DNA of 64,000 nt from Myxococcota bacterium (GTDB lineage: Bacteria; Myxococcota_A; UBA9042; PHBI01; JAWLBL01). Where the stretch lies: positions 140,955-204,954 of the forward strand of contig JAWLBL010000014.1 in the NCBI GenBank assembly GCA_041687695.1, in the 5' to 3' direction. The translations under genes and the position numbers were made by a program. Shown here one piece after another: positions 30,937 through 40,301 of the stretch. Under the pieces are notes generated by a model. That model worked only from the letters and a program-made list of their open reading frames with translations. It made no database searches and was not told the DNA's origin. Every line of letters begins with the position of its first letter. Position 1 is the first letter of the stretch.

Positions 30937-32160
30937 TTGACCGCCATCGCCGTCGCCATCTTCGCCCTCACATACGCCCTCATCGCCTCACGGCGCCTGG
31001 CCCTGCTGCCCATCGGCCGCCCCTCCGGCGCGCTGCTGGGCGCCGTCCTGATGGTGGCGACCGGCGTCCTGACCCCCGAGGAGAGCTTCGCCGCCGTAGA
31101 CGCCGACACGCTGGTGCTGCTGTTCGGGATGATGCTGCTCACGGCCTATCTCTCGCAGTGCGGGCTCCTGGACCGCCTGGCGCTGGGCGCGCTGGCCGCC
31201 TGTCCGACGCCCCGGCGGCTGATGGTGCTGGTCTCGCTGCTGGCCGCCGTGCTGTCGGCGCTGCTGGTCAACGACACGGTGTGCCTGTTCATGACCCCGG
31301 TCGTCGTCCGCGTCGCCACGCGCGCCGGCCTGCCGGTCGTGCCCTACCTGGTCGCGCTCGCCACCTCGGCCAACCTGGGCAGCGCGGCCACCCTGGTCGG
31401 CAACCCGCAGAACATGATCATCGGCAGCCTCAGCGGGCTGTCCTTCACCGAGTTCCTGGCCCGGGCCGCCCCGCCCACGGCCGCCGCCCTGGTGGTCAAC
31501 CTGGGCCTGCTCCACCTCTACTATGCCCGCCGCCTCCCGGCGCGCATGCCTCCGGCCGCCCCGCCGCCCCCGGCGCCCCCCACCCGGCACGCTCGGCTGG
31601 GCGCCCTCGTCCTGACCGGGGTCGCCGTCGCCTTCCTGGCGGGCCTGCACCTGGGCTACGTGGCCCTGGCGGGCGCGCTGGTCATGCTGGTCGCCGACCG
31701 CCGCGACCCGCGCGAGGCCTTCGCGCGCGTCGACTGGCCGCTGCTGGTCTTCTTCGCCGGGTTGTTCGTCGTGGTCGGGGGCCTGGTGAAGACGGGTCTG
31801 GTCGCCGCGACCTGGGCCGCCGCCGAGCCCTTCGTCATGCCCACGGACGCCGCCGGCCTCGCCGGGCTGACCGGCCTGCTGGTCGCCGGGTCGAACGTGG
31901 TCTCCAACGTGCCGATGACGCTGCTGGCGGGGCCGTGGCTGGCCACGCTGGACGCCGGCGCGACCGGCTGGGTGCTGCTGGGCTTCGTCACGACGGTCGC
32001 GGGGAACCTGACCTTGCTGGGCTCGGTCGCCAACATCATCGTCGCCGAGCAGGCGGCGCCCGAGGCCGATCTGGGCTACTGGGAGTACCTGCGCTTCGGC
32101 GCGGTCTCGACCGTCGCGACGCTGGCCGTCGGCGTGCCCATCGTGGCCGCGATGGGCTGA
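30937..32160 (+). CDS. ArsB/NhaD/SLC13-superfamily anion permease (YbiR/Lsi2-like)
   Basis: About 11 TM helices; LLVNDTVC, SANLGSAATLVGNPQN, SNVVSNVP, AGNLTLLGSVANIIV. Confidence 0.9.
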   Translation: MTAIAVAIFALTYALIASRRLALLPIGRPSGALLGAVLMVATGVLTPEESFAAVDADTLVLLFGMMLLTAYLSQCGLLDRLALGALAACPTPRRLMVLVSLLAAVLSALLVNDTVCLFMTPVVVRVATRAGLPVVPYLVALATSANLGSAATLVGNPQNMIIGSLSGLSFTEFLARAAPPTAAALVVNLGLLHLYYARRLPARMPPAAPPPPAPPTRHARLGALVLTGVAVAFLAGLHLGYVALAGALVMLVADRRDPREAFARVDWPLLVFFAGLFVVVGGLVKTGLVAATWAAAEPFVMPTDAAGLAGLTGLLVAGSNVVSNVPMTLLAGPWLATLDAGATGWVLLGFVTTVAGNLTLLGSVANIIVAEQAAPEADLGYWEYLRFGAVSTVATLAVGVPIVAAMG

Positions 32161-32194
32161 GGGGCGCCAGCGGTGCGCGATGGGGTGAGGCGCG

Positions 32195-32965
32195 TCAGCG
32201 GCGCAGGTCGGGGTGGAGGCGCTCGCGGATGACGCGGCGTTCGGCGACGCGCTCGCGGTTGTCGAACAGCTTGATGAGCGCGGCGCCCGCGACGAAGCCG
32301 CCGATGTGGGCCCAGAAGGCGACGCCGCCCTCGTGCTCGAGCTGCGTCAGGGCCGGCAGGCCGGCGATGATCTGCCAGGCGAACCACCACACGAGCACGA
32401 GCCAGGCCGGCAGCGGGATGATGCGGATGAAGATGATGATGATGAAGAGCATGTAGACCCGCACGCGCGGGTACAGGACCAGGTAGGCGCCCATCACGCC
32501 CGAGATGGCGCCCGACGCGCCCACGGTCGGCACGGGAGAGGCGGGGGCGCTGACGACGTGGGCGGCCGCGGCGGCCAGGCCGCAGACGAGGTAGAAGACG
32601 ACGAAGCGCACGCGCCCCATGCTGTCCTCGATGTTGTTGCCGAAGACCCACAGGAACAGGGCGTTGCCCAGGATGTGACCCCAGCTGGCGTGCAGGAACA
32701 TCGAGCTGATGGGGGTCAGCCAGGTGTTCGGCTCGTCGTCGACCAGGCACATGGTCCTGGGCCCCAGCTGGACCCCGGTCCCCACCGGCTGGAGATCGGT
32801 CAGCTCGGCCGGCAGCATGCCCCAGTTGCACACGCTGGCGGCCAGGGCCCACGGGTCCAGGCCCGCGCCCTGCAGGAACACCCAGATCGCGCCCAGCAGG
32901 CCCAGCAGGGTCCAGGTCACGACCGGACGCCGCAGCGTCGGGTTGTCGTCCTTGATGGGGATCAT
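32195..32965 (-). CDS. Rhomboid intramembrane serine protease
   Basis: MIPIKDDNP, SMFLHASWGHILGNALFLWVFGNNIED, GASGAISG, AFWAHIGGF. Confidence 0.95.
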   Translation of the reverse strand: MIPIKDDNPTLRRPVVTWTLLGLLGAIWVFLQGAGLDPWALAASVCNWGMLPAELTDLQPVGTGVQLGPRTMCLVDDEPNTWLTPISSMFLHASWGHILGNALFLWVFGNNIEDSMGRVRFVVFYLVCGLAAAAAHVVSAPASPVPTVGASGAISGVMGAYLVLYPRVRVYMLFIIIIFIRIIPLPAWLVLVWWFAWQIIAGLPALTQLEHEGGVAFWAHIGGFVAGAALIKLFDNRERVAERRVIRERLHPDLRR

Positions 32966-33134
32966 GCGCGGCAGCTTGCAGCGGCGCGGACGCCGAGGCC
33001 AGCGCGCGGGCGCCCTCCGCCGGTCCAGGCCGCGGGGCGCCCGCGACGACACCCGACACGAGCAACTTTCACGAACGGTGGCGCGTGGTTACGTGCTTTG
33101 GGTGGCCTCGCGTCGAGGCGAGCCGAGGAGAGCC

Positions 33135-33725
33135 ATGAACACGCGTCAGATCGTCAAGGAGGTGGCCCGCTTGTCGCACGAGAGCGACGAGCGCGCCCGC
33201 GCCGTCGTAGACTCCGTGCTGCGCACCCTGGGCGAGCGCCTGCCCGCCGAGGCCGCCGAGCCGATGGCGCGGCGGCTGCCGCCCGAGCTGTCGATTCACC
33301 TGCGCCAGCGGGTGGAGGCCGAGCGCTTCGGGCGTGAGGCGTTCGACGAGCGGGTGGCGCACCGGGCGGGGCTGGCCCGCGAGGACGCCGTGGTGTACGC
33401 GCGGTGGGTGTTGCTGGTGCTGGGTGAGGGGCTCGGGCACGACGCCGTCGCGCCGGCGGCCGAGGCGCTGCCGACCGAGTTCGAGCCGCTCTTCCCCGAG
33501 GCGCCCGAGGCGAGCCACGGCGACGTCCCCGCGCTGGACCCGGCGCGGACCTCGCGGGTCAACCGCGAGCTGGCGTCGACGCGCCGCGAGCCGCGTGCGC
33601 TGGGGCAGGTGGGCGCCAACCCGCGGGAGCTGGCGCGCACGGGCAAGAACCCGCGCGCCCTGTCGGAGGCCGGCCGCAACCCGGACAGCCTCGTCGAGCA
33701 GGGCGACGAGGACGAGCCGTCGTGA
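33135..33725 (+). CDS. DUF2267-domain protein with repetitive C-tail
   Basis: GAGGAG RBS; VLRTLGERLP..A..LP.EL, F.ERVA.R, LPTEFEPLF. Confidence 0.7.
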   Translation: MNTRQIVKEVARLSHESDERARAVVDSVLRTLGERLPAEAAEPMARRLPPELSIHLRQRVEAERFGREAFDERVAHRAGLAREDAVVYARWVLLVLGEGLGHDAVAPAAEALPTEFEPLFPEAPEASHGDVPALDPARTSRVNRELASTRREPRALGQVGANPRELARTGKNPRALSEAGRNPDSLVEQGDEDEPS

Positions 33726-33791
33726 CACGGCGCCGACGAGCGCGCGGGCACCCGCGGTTCGTCGGGCAACCATGGACCAAGGGGGGGACGG

Positions 33792-34757
33792 ATGGACGAC
33801 CGTAGGTCACATGACGGCAGGGGCGCTGGTGAGGCGGAGCGCCCGTCGGACCTGTCCAAGGGCGACTGGAAGGCCGTCGGCAAGCGCGTGAAAGACGAGA
33901 CCAAGCGCGACAACCTGAGCATCGTCGCCGCGGGCGTGGCCTTCTACGCCATGCTGGCGCTGGTGCCGACGCTGACGGCCATCGTGTCGATCTACGGCCT
34001 GGTCGCCGACCCGGCGCAGGTGCAGAACCAGGTCGACTCGATCTCGGGCGCCATGCCGCAGGCCGTGCGCGACATCCTGATGAGCCAGCTGTCGCAGATC
34101 GCGTCGGCGTCCGGGACCGCGCTCAGCCTGAGCCTCGTCGGCAGCATCCTGTTCGCGCTCTGGAGCGCCTCGAAGGGAACCAAGGCGCTCATCTCGGGGC
34201 TCAACATCGCCTATGACGAGAGAGAGACGCGCGGGTTCTTCAAGCTCAACGCGGTGGCGCTGCTGCTGACGCTGGGCGCGGTGGTCTTCGTCGTGCTGGC
34301 CGTGGCGCTGCTGGCGGCGGCGCCGTCGGTCCTGGGGGCGCTGGGGCTAGGGTCGACCGGCGCGTGGATCATCGGCGTCGCGCGTTGGCCGCTGCTGGTC
34401 TTCGGGCTGATGGTGGCGCTGTCGATCGCCTACCGCTACGGCCCCGACCGCGACGCGCCGAAGTGGGCGTGGGCGACCTGGGGCAGCGCGCTCGCGGCCG
34501 GCCTGTGGCTGCTGGCGTCCCTCGGGTTCTCGCTGTACGTGACGAACCTGGGCTCGTTCTCCGAGACCTACGGCTCGCTCGGCGCCGTCATCGTGCTGCT
34601 GATGTGGCTGCTCATCACCGCCTGGGTGGTGCTGCTGGGGGCCGAGCTGAACGCCGAGATGGAGCACCAGACGCAGCGCGACACGACCACCGGCCCCGAG
34701 GAGCCGATGGGCCGCCGCGACGCATACGTGGCCGACACCACCCCGCAGGAGTCGTGA
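33792..34757 (+). CDS. YihY/BrkB family membrane protein
   Basis: AAGVAFYAMLAL, GLNIAYDERETR, YRYGPDR, YGSLGAVIVLLMWL, GAELNAE. Confidence 0.93.
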   Translation: MDDRRSHDGRGAGEAERPSDLSKGDWKAVGKRVKDETKRDNLSIVAAGVAFYAMLALVPTLTAIVSIYGLVADPAQVQNQVDSISGAMPQAVRDILMSQLSQIASASGTALSLSLVGSILFALWSASKGTKALISGLNIAYDERETRGFFKLNAVALLLTLGAVVFVVLAVALLAAAPSVLGALGLGSTGAWIIGVARWPLLVFGLMVALSIAYRYGPDRDAPKWAWATWGSALAAGLWLLASLGFSLYVTNLGSFSETYGSLGAVIVLLMWLLITAWVVLLGAELNAEMEHQTQRDTTTGPEEPMGRRDAYVADTTPQES

Positions 34758-34829
34758 CTGCGCGGCCGTCGCCGTTCGACTCCGGTCCCGTGGCGCAGTA
34801 TCGTGGCGCCACGGGACCGGGAGGACGCG

Positions 34830-35570
34830 ATGCGGCGGCCAGGGCGGACAATCGGGTGGAGCCTCGCGCTCGTCGGGGCCATGGCGGCCTGCGAGGCCGA
34901 CCAGGGGCGGCCGCTGGACCTCGACGCGCTCGACGCCAAGACCTTCGACGTCGAGGTGGCGGCCGACCCGGGCCCGGCGGACGACGCTTCGGACGACGTC
35001 GCGACGGACGCGCCCGCGCCGGCCGACACGGTGACCGACGACGGGGCGCCCCAGGACGTCGGCGGCGACGACGGGGCCGACGCTGCGGCCGATGTGGCCG
35101 ACGCCGTGACCGACACCGTCGATGCCGACGCCGCGGACGCCCAAGACGTCGCGCCGGACGCCCAGCCGCCGCCCCCGCCGCCCCAGGGCGGGGCCGCGCT
35201 GCAGGCCTGGCTCGAGGCGGGGCACTACCTGTCCTGGGCCGCGGAGTCGGCCCCGCACGCCTCGACGGGCCCCCACTTCGGCAAGGTGCGCACCTTCGTG
35301 AACGCGCCGCTCGAGGCGTCGCTCGCCGCCGGGGCCGCCGCCCACCCCGCGGGCGCGGCCGCCGTCAAGGAGCTGTACGGCAGCGGCGACACCGTCGCGG
35401 GCTGGGCCGTCGCCGTGAAGCTGCAGGCCGCGAGCGCCCTGGGCGAGGGCTGGCACTGGTACGAGCGCTACCAGGGGTCGACCTACGCCGACGCCGCGGG
35501 CGCCGGGCTGTGCACGGGTTGCCATTCGGCCGGAAAGGACTTCATCCTGACGCCCAGCCCCCTGAAGTAG
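34830..35570 (+). CDS. Lipoprotein with Asp/Ala-rich linker and cytochrome P460-like domain
   Basis: Lipobox MAAC, DA-rich linker, YLSW..PH..VRTFVN..AVKELY..AVAVK..GWHWYE, CTGCH..DFI. Confidence 0.7.
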   Translation: MRRPGRTIGWSLALVGAMAACEADQGRPLDLDALDAKTFDVEVAADPGPADDASDDVATDAPAPADTVTDDGAPQDVGGDDGADAAADVADAVTDTVDADAADAQDVAPDAQPPPPPPQGGAALQAWLEAGHYLSWAAESAPHASTGPHFGKVRTFVNAPLEASLAAGAAAHPAGAAAVKELYGSGDTVAGWAVAVKLQAASALGEGWHWYERYQGSTYADAAGAGLCTGCHSAGKDFILTPSPLK

Positions 35571-35637
35571 CCGCGCCGACGGGCCGGACGGACCGCCCCA
35601 CGGAATCGGCCCCGGCCCCCGCCCGTTCGGAGCCGAC

Positions 35638-36390
35638 ATGCCCGCCCCAGACCACGCCCTGACGCAGGCCGCCGAGCGCCTGCGCGCCGCCTCGCGCGTC
35701 CTCGTCATCACCGGCGCCGGCATCTCCGCCGAGTCCGGCATCCCGGTCTTCCGCGGCGCCGGCGGCCTGTGGGAGGGCTTCCGCGCCGAGGAGCTGGCCA
35801 CGCCCGAGGCCTTCGAGGCCGACCCGGCCCGCGTGTGGCGCTGGTACCGCTGGCGCCGCGAGCAGTACGCGCCCTGCCCGCCCAACGCCGGCCACGCGGT
35901 CATCGCCGCCATGGAGGCCGCCTACCCCGAGTTCCTGCTCGCGACGCAGAACGTCGACGGCCTGCACCGGCGCGCGGGCAACCGGCGCCTGGTCGAGCTG
36001 CACGGCACCATCGCCGAGATGCGCTGCACGCGCTGCGAGCGCCTGGCGCCCTTCCCCGACGCCCCGGCGGAGGGCGACCCCGTCCCGCGCTGCGCCCACT
36101 GCGGCGCGATGATGCGCCCGCACATCCTGTGGTTCGGCGAGACCTACTGGCCCGGGGTCCTCGAGACCGCCACCGAAGCCGCCGAGCGCGCCGAGGTGGC
36201 CCTGGTCGTCGGCACCTCGGCCCAGGTCTGGCCGCCGGTCGCCCTCGCCCTGCACGCCAAGCGCTCAGGCGCCTTCCTCGTCGACGTGAACCCCGACGCG
36301 ACCCAGCTGTCGCGCGCCGCCGACGTCCACCTCGCCGGCCCGGCCGGCGCCATCCTGCCCGACCTGTGGCAATCGGTCGGGCGCTCGTGA
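35638..36390 (+). CDS. cobB: NAD-dependent protein deacylase (class III sirtuin)
   Basis: TGAGISAESGIPVFRG, WRWYRWRR, TQNVDGLH, LHG, CxxC..CxxC, RPHILWFGE, VGTSAQVWP. Confidence 0.94.
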   Translation: MPAPDHALTQAAERLRAASRVLVITGAGISAESGIPVFRGAGGLWEGFRAEELATPEAFEADPARVWRWYRWRREQYAPCPPNAGHAVIAAMEAAYPEFLLATQNVDGLHRRAGNRRLVELHGTIAEMRCTRCERLAPFPDAPAEGDPVPRCAHCGAMMRPHILWFGETYWPGVLETATEAAERAEVALVVGTSAQVWPPVALALHAKRSGAFLVDVNPDATQLSRAADVHLAGPAGAILPDLWQSVGRS

Positions 36391-36398
36391 GGCCCTCC

Positions 36399-39300
36399 AT
36401 GCGCGTCCTGCTCTGCGCCGCCCTCGTCCTGGCCGCCTGCGGCCGCTCCGACCAGGCGCCCGCGCCGGCGTCGAGCCAGCCCAAGGCCGTGCCCCCCAGC
36501 GCCGCCAGCGGCCCGCCCACCGGATCGGTGGCCAGCGGCTCGACCGGCGCCGGCCCGTCGAAGGCCGCCAGCACGGCGACCGACCCCGGCCCGGTCTTCC
36601 AGCACGCCTCCGGGCAGCGCGAGGTGCTGCGCGGCGAGCCCGTGACCCTGCCGGGCCGCGTGACGGTCACCGACGGGCATGCCTACGTCGTCGCCGACGT
36701 GCCCGCGGGCACCTTCGCTGCTTCCGGCGCGGGCGGCGACCCGGCCCTGACGGGCGGACGGCTGTTCGTCGACGGCCCGACGCGCGGGGCCGCCGCCCTG
36801 GGCCGCGACGGCGACTTCGGCGCGGCGGTGCGGCGCGTCGGCGTCCGCCTGGTGACCGACCAGGCGCCCGACCGAGTCGTCCTGCAGGGCTACCTGCCCG
36901 AGACCGGCGACGGTCACGGCGCCTTCACGGCCCGCGCCGTCACGCTCTCGCCCCTGACGCCCGCCAGCGACCCCGCCGAGGCCCGCCGCACCTTCTTCCG
37001 CGATCTGGCGGCCGACCTGACGGGGCTCGGCGACCAGGGCTGGTTCGACGGCGCGCGGCCCTTCTACGCCTTCGCGGCCGCCCGCGCGCGGCTCATGGCC
37101 GGCGACGCCGGGGCCGCCGCCGGTGAGCCGCGCCCCACGCGGCGGGGCGAGCTGGCCGACATGATGCGCCTGTACACCGGCGTCACCTCGGTCGACGAGG
37201 CGCTGCAGGCCGATCGCGGCCTGCGCCTGCGCGGCGATCCCGCCGCCGCCCGGACCGTCCCGCTGGCCGACGTCCCGGGCGTCGCCCTGGCGCCCCACCC
37301 GTGGGAGCAGATCATCGCCGGCCTCGGCCAGCCGGTCGTCGAGCCGATGGCCTCGGCCATTCCGGACGGGCTGCTCTACGCCCACTTCCACGATCTGCGC
37401 ACGGCCGTGAAGCTCATGGCCGACGTCGACCAGTGGCTGACGCCCTTCGCGCAGGCCGCCGAGGGCCGCGCCGGGACGACCCACCTCACCGAGCGCTACG
37501 AGCGGCAGCTGATGATCGAGCGCCTGGGGCTGGCCGAGCGACTGGGCCATCTGGCCGCGTCGGGCTTCGCCCTGGTCGCCGGCGACCCCTTCTTCCGCGA
37601 GGGCACCGACGTGGCGCTGGTCTTCCAGGTCCGCCAGCGGCCGCTGCTGGTGGGCGCCCTCGAGACCTACGAGGCCCGCGCCCGCGCCACCCGGCCGGAC
37701 GCGACCGAGACGACCTACACGCTCGCCGGCCGCACGGTCCGCCGGGTGGCCACCGCCGACCGCGCCATCGACCAGCACCGGCTCGAGCTGGGCGACCGCC
37801 TGGTCCTCGCCAACAGCCGCGCCATGGTGGAGCGCTTCGTCGCCGTCGCAGACGGCCAGGCGCCCTCGCTCGCCGCGGCGGGCGACTTCCGCGCCATGCG
37901 CGCCTCGTATCCGTTCGCCCCCGAGTCCGAGGACGGCTTCCTCTTCATCGGCGACCGCTTCGTCGCCGACGCCGTGTCGCCGCGGACCAAGATCCTGCAG
38001 GCGCGCCGCATGGACGCCGCGGCCGACCTCGCCGCGGTCGGCTACGCCGCGCTGCTGTACGGCTGGCTCGAGGGCCGCCCCGCGGCGGGCGCCGACGCGC
38101 TGGTCGCGGCGGGCCTGCTCGACCGCTCCGAGCTGAAGCACGCCGACGGCACGCCCATCACCCTCGACCCCGCGACCGGCCCGCGCTCGACGACCTGGGG
38201 CCGCCCGGCCGCGCTGACGCCGCTGGCCGAGCTGACGCTCGATCGGGTGACGCCGGCCGAGCGCGACGCCTACGCGGCCTTCCGCGACAGCTACCAGAGC
38301 TACTGGCGCACCTTCATCGACCCCATCGCCGTCCGCCTGGTCCGCGGCCAGGACGGCCGCTCGCTGACCGCCGACGCGCGCATGCTGCCGCTCATCGCCC
38401 AGAGCGACTACGACGAGCTGGTCGACACGGTGGGCAAGGCCCGCGTCCGCCCCGCCCGGCTCGACGCCGAGGGCCCCGCCGGCGCGGGCCTGGAATGGAC
38501 GCTGGCCATCGGCGAGGACGCGCGCCTCCGCCGCGAGCTCGACCGCATCGGAGGCTTGATGGGCGCCCGCGACGTCGGCTTCGGCTGGCTCGGCCGCTGG
38601 GTGGCCCTCGGCGCGGCCGACCGGGCGGGGTTGTGGGACCTGGCGCTCGCCACGGGCGCGGTCCCCGAGCTGCGCGACGACCGCCGCCGCTTCGACGAGG
38701 ACGACCCGAACACGTGGCGCGCCCTGTCGCGGCTGCCCATCCACGTCGCGGCCGAGGTCGGCAACCCGCTGGCGCTGGCGTCGACCCTGACGGCCCTGCG
38801 CGCCATGGCCAGCGGGGCCGCGCCCGGGCTGATCGACTGGGGCGAGGTCGGCAAGCACCGCGACGTCCCCATCGTCGGGATCCAGGCGGCGAAGACCGCG
38901 TCGGACCTGCCGCCCGGGGCGGCCGACGTGGTCCTGCACTACGCCACGGCCAAGAACGTCTGGGTCGCCGCCCTCGATCGGCCGACGCTCGAGCAGCAGA
39001 TCGACCGGGTGCTGGACGGCCAGGCCACCCGCCGTGTCGAGACGGGCGACGCCGACGCTCCTCAGGCTGCGCTGCAGGTAGCGCCGCGCGCCGGCGGCTA
39101 TCTGGGGCGCGTGCTGTTGGGGCTCGCCGAGGCGTCGCTGCGGCGGGGGCTCCATGCTGCATTGCGAGATACCGAGGCGCTGGCCCGCGGGCTGGGCGGC
39201 CTGCCGACCGATCCGGCGGCGCGTCGGGCGGCCGCCCTGGGTTACCTGGGGTACGAGCCGATGCTCGCCCAGGGCGGCGAGTTCGCGATGGATCCCCGCG

Positions 39301-39482
39301 GGTTCGCGACCCACGCTCGCTACGGCTCCGAGATCGCGCCCGCCTACCCGCCTGTCCCGGTGCCCGACGCGCCCCTGACGCGCCTCGTCGACGCGCTCGC
39401 GCGGGTCTCGGCGGGCCTCGCCTTCGAGGGTGAGGGCGACACGCGGGGGCTGCGGGTCTGGTTCGAGTGGCTGCGGCGCTGA
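36399..39482 (+). CDS. Large hypothetical lipoprotein (about 1027 aa)
   Basis: Lipobox LAAC, Ser/Pro linker, long GC3-biased ORF; motifs GDPFFREGTDV and YQSYWRTFIDPIA; function unknown. Confidence 0.8.
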   Translation: MRVLLCAALVLAACGRSDQAPAPASSQPKAVPPSAASGPPTGSVASGSTGAGPSKAASTATDPGPVFQHASGQREVLRGEPVTLPGRVTVTDGHAYVVADVPAGTFAASGAGGDPALTGGRLFVDGPTRGAAALGRDGDFGAAVRRVGVRLVTDQAPDRVVLQGYLPETGDGHGAFTARAVTLSPLTPASDPAEARRTFFRDLAADLTGLGDQGWFDGARPFYAFAAARARLMAGDAGAAAGEPRPTRRGELADMMRLYTGVTSVDEALQADRGLRLRGDPAAARTVPLADVPGVALAPHPWEQIIAGLGQPVVEPMASAIPDGLLYAHFHDLRTAVKLMADVDQWLTPFAQAAEGRAGTTHLTERYERQLMIERLGLAERLGHLAASGFALVAGDPFFREGTDVALVFQVRQRPLLVGALETYEARARATRPDATETTYTLAGRTVRRVATADRAIDQHRLELGDRLVLANSRAMVERFVAVADGQAPSLAAAGDFRAMRASYPFAPESEDGFLFIGDRFVADAVSPRTKILQARRMDAAADLAAVGYAALLYGWLEGRPAAGADALVAAGLLDRSELKHADGTPITLDPATGPRSTTWGRPAALTPLAELTLDRVTPAERDAYAAFRDSYQSYWRTFIDPIAVRLVRGQDGRSLTADARMLPLIAQSDYDELVDTVGKARVRPARLDAEGPAGAGLEWTLAIGEDARLRRELDRIGGLMGARDVGFGWLGRWVALGAADRAGLWDLALATGAVPELRDDRRRFDEDDPNTWRALSRLPIHVAAEVGNPLALASTLTALRAMASGAAPGLIDWGEVGKHRDVPIVGIQAAKTASDLPPGAADVVLHYATAKNVWVAALDRPTLEQQIDRVLDGQATRRVETGDADAPQAALQVAPRAGGYLGRVLLGLAEASLRRGLHAALRDTEALARGLGGLPTDPAARRAAALGYLGYEPMLAQGGEFAMDPRGFATHARYGSEIAPAYPPVPVPDAPLTRLVDALARVSAGLAFEGEGDTRGLRVWFEWLRR

Positions 39483-40297
39483 GGCCGGGCGCCTGGGGCG
39501 CGCTCCGCAGCCTCGGCTGGCGCTCCGAGGCCATGCTGGTCGCGCTGGACGGTCAGGTGCGGGCGCGCCGCGGCTACGTCGCCCTGGCGCGGCCCGCCCT
39601 CCCCGACGACGCCTGGCACAACCTGCTGGTCATGCGTCGGCCGCCTCGCCGGGGCGACCTGGGGCGCTGGGTGGTCGCCTTCGAGCGCGAGCTGGGCGGG
39701 CCGCGCGGCACCCGCCACCTGGCCTTCGGGTGGGACAGCCCGACGGGGCGGCTCGGGGCCCTGGGGCCGCTCCGCGAGGCCGGCTTCGCCATTGTGCAGT
39801 GCAGCGTCCATGTCGCGCGCTCGCTGCCGCCGCCCAGGCAGGTCGCCGACGGCGTCGCGCTGCGTCCGCTCGCCGGCGACGCGGACTGGGCGGCCGCCGT
39901 GGCCCTGCAAGCGCACGGCGCCCCCGCCGACCTCGCCGGCGTCGACGCCTTCCGCGATCTGGCGCTTCGGCGCTTCGCGCGCTTCCGGAGCCTGGCTGAG
40001 GGCGGGTTGGGCGCGGTCTGGGGCGCCTTCGACGCGGGGCGGCTCGTATCGGCCTGCGGCATCTTCGGGGCCGAGGGATTGGCCCGTTATCAGGCCGTGG
40101 TGACGCACCGCGAGCACCGCGGGCGGGGCCTGGCGGGTCGGGTGCTGCGGGCGGCCGGCGCGTGGGCCGGGCGGGCGCTGGGCGCGCGCACCATGGTGAT
40201 CACGGCCGAGCTGGGATCGCCGGCGGCCCGGCTGTACGGGCGCATAGGGCTGACCGCCGTCGAGGGCATGGTCGGGGTGGTGCGGCCGCCCGGCTGA
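39467..40297 (+). CDS. GNAT-family acetyltransferase
   Basis: RYQAVVTHREHRGRGLAG acetyl-CoA motif, AARLYGRIG. Confidence 0.8.
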   Translation: MAAALRPGAWGALRSLGWRSEAMLVALDGQVRARRGYVALARPALPDDAWHNLLVMRRPPRRGDLGRWVVAFERELGGPRGTRHLAFGWDSPTGRLGALGPLREAGFAIVQCSVHVARSLPPPRQVADGVALRPLAGDADWAAAVALQAHGAPADLAGVDAFRDLALRRFARFRSLAEGGLGAVWGAFDAGRLVSACGIFGAEGLARYQAVVTHREHRGRGLAGRVLRAAGAWAGRALGARTMVITAELGSPAARLYGRIGLTAVEGMVGVVRPPG

Positions 40298-40301
40298 GCC
40301 C

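Noticed and set aside
35638..36390. Sirtuin as an anti-phage SIR2 NADase
   Set aside because: It has the Zn-ribbon and YxxR motifs of housekeeping CobB deacylases and no defence partner domain.
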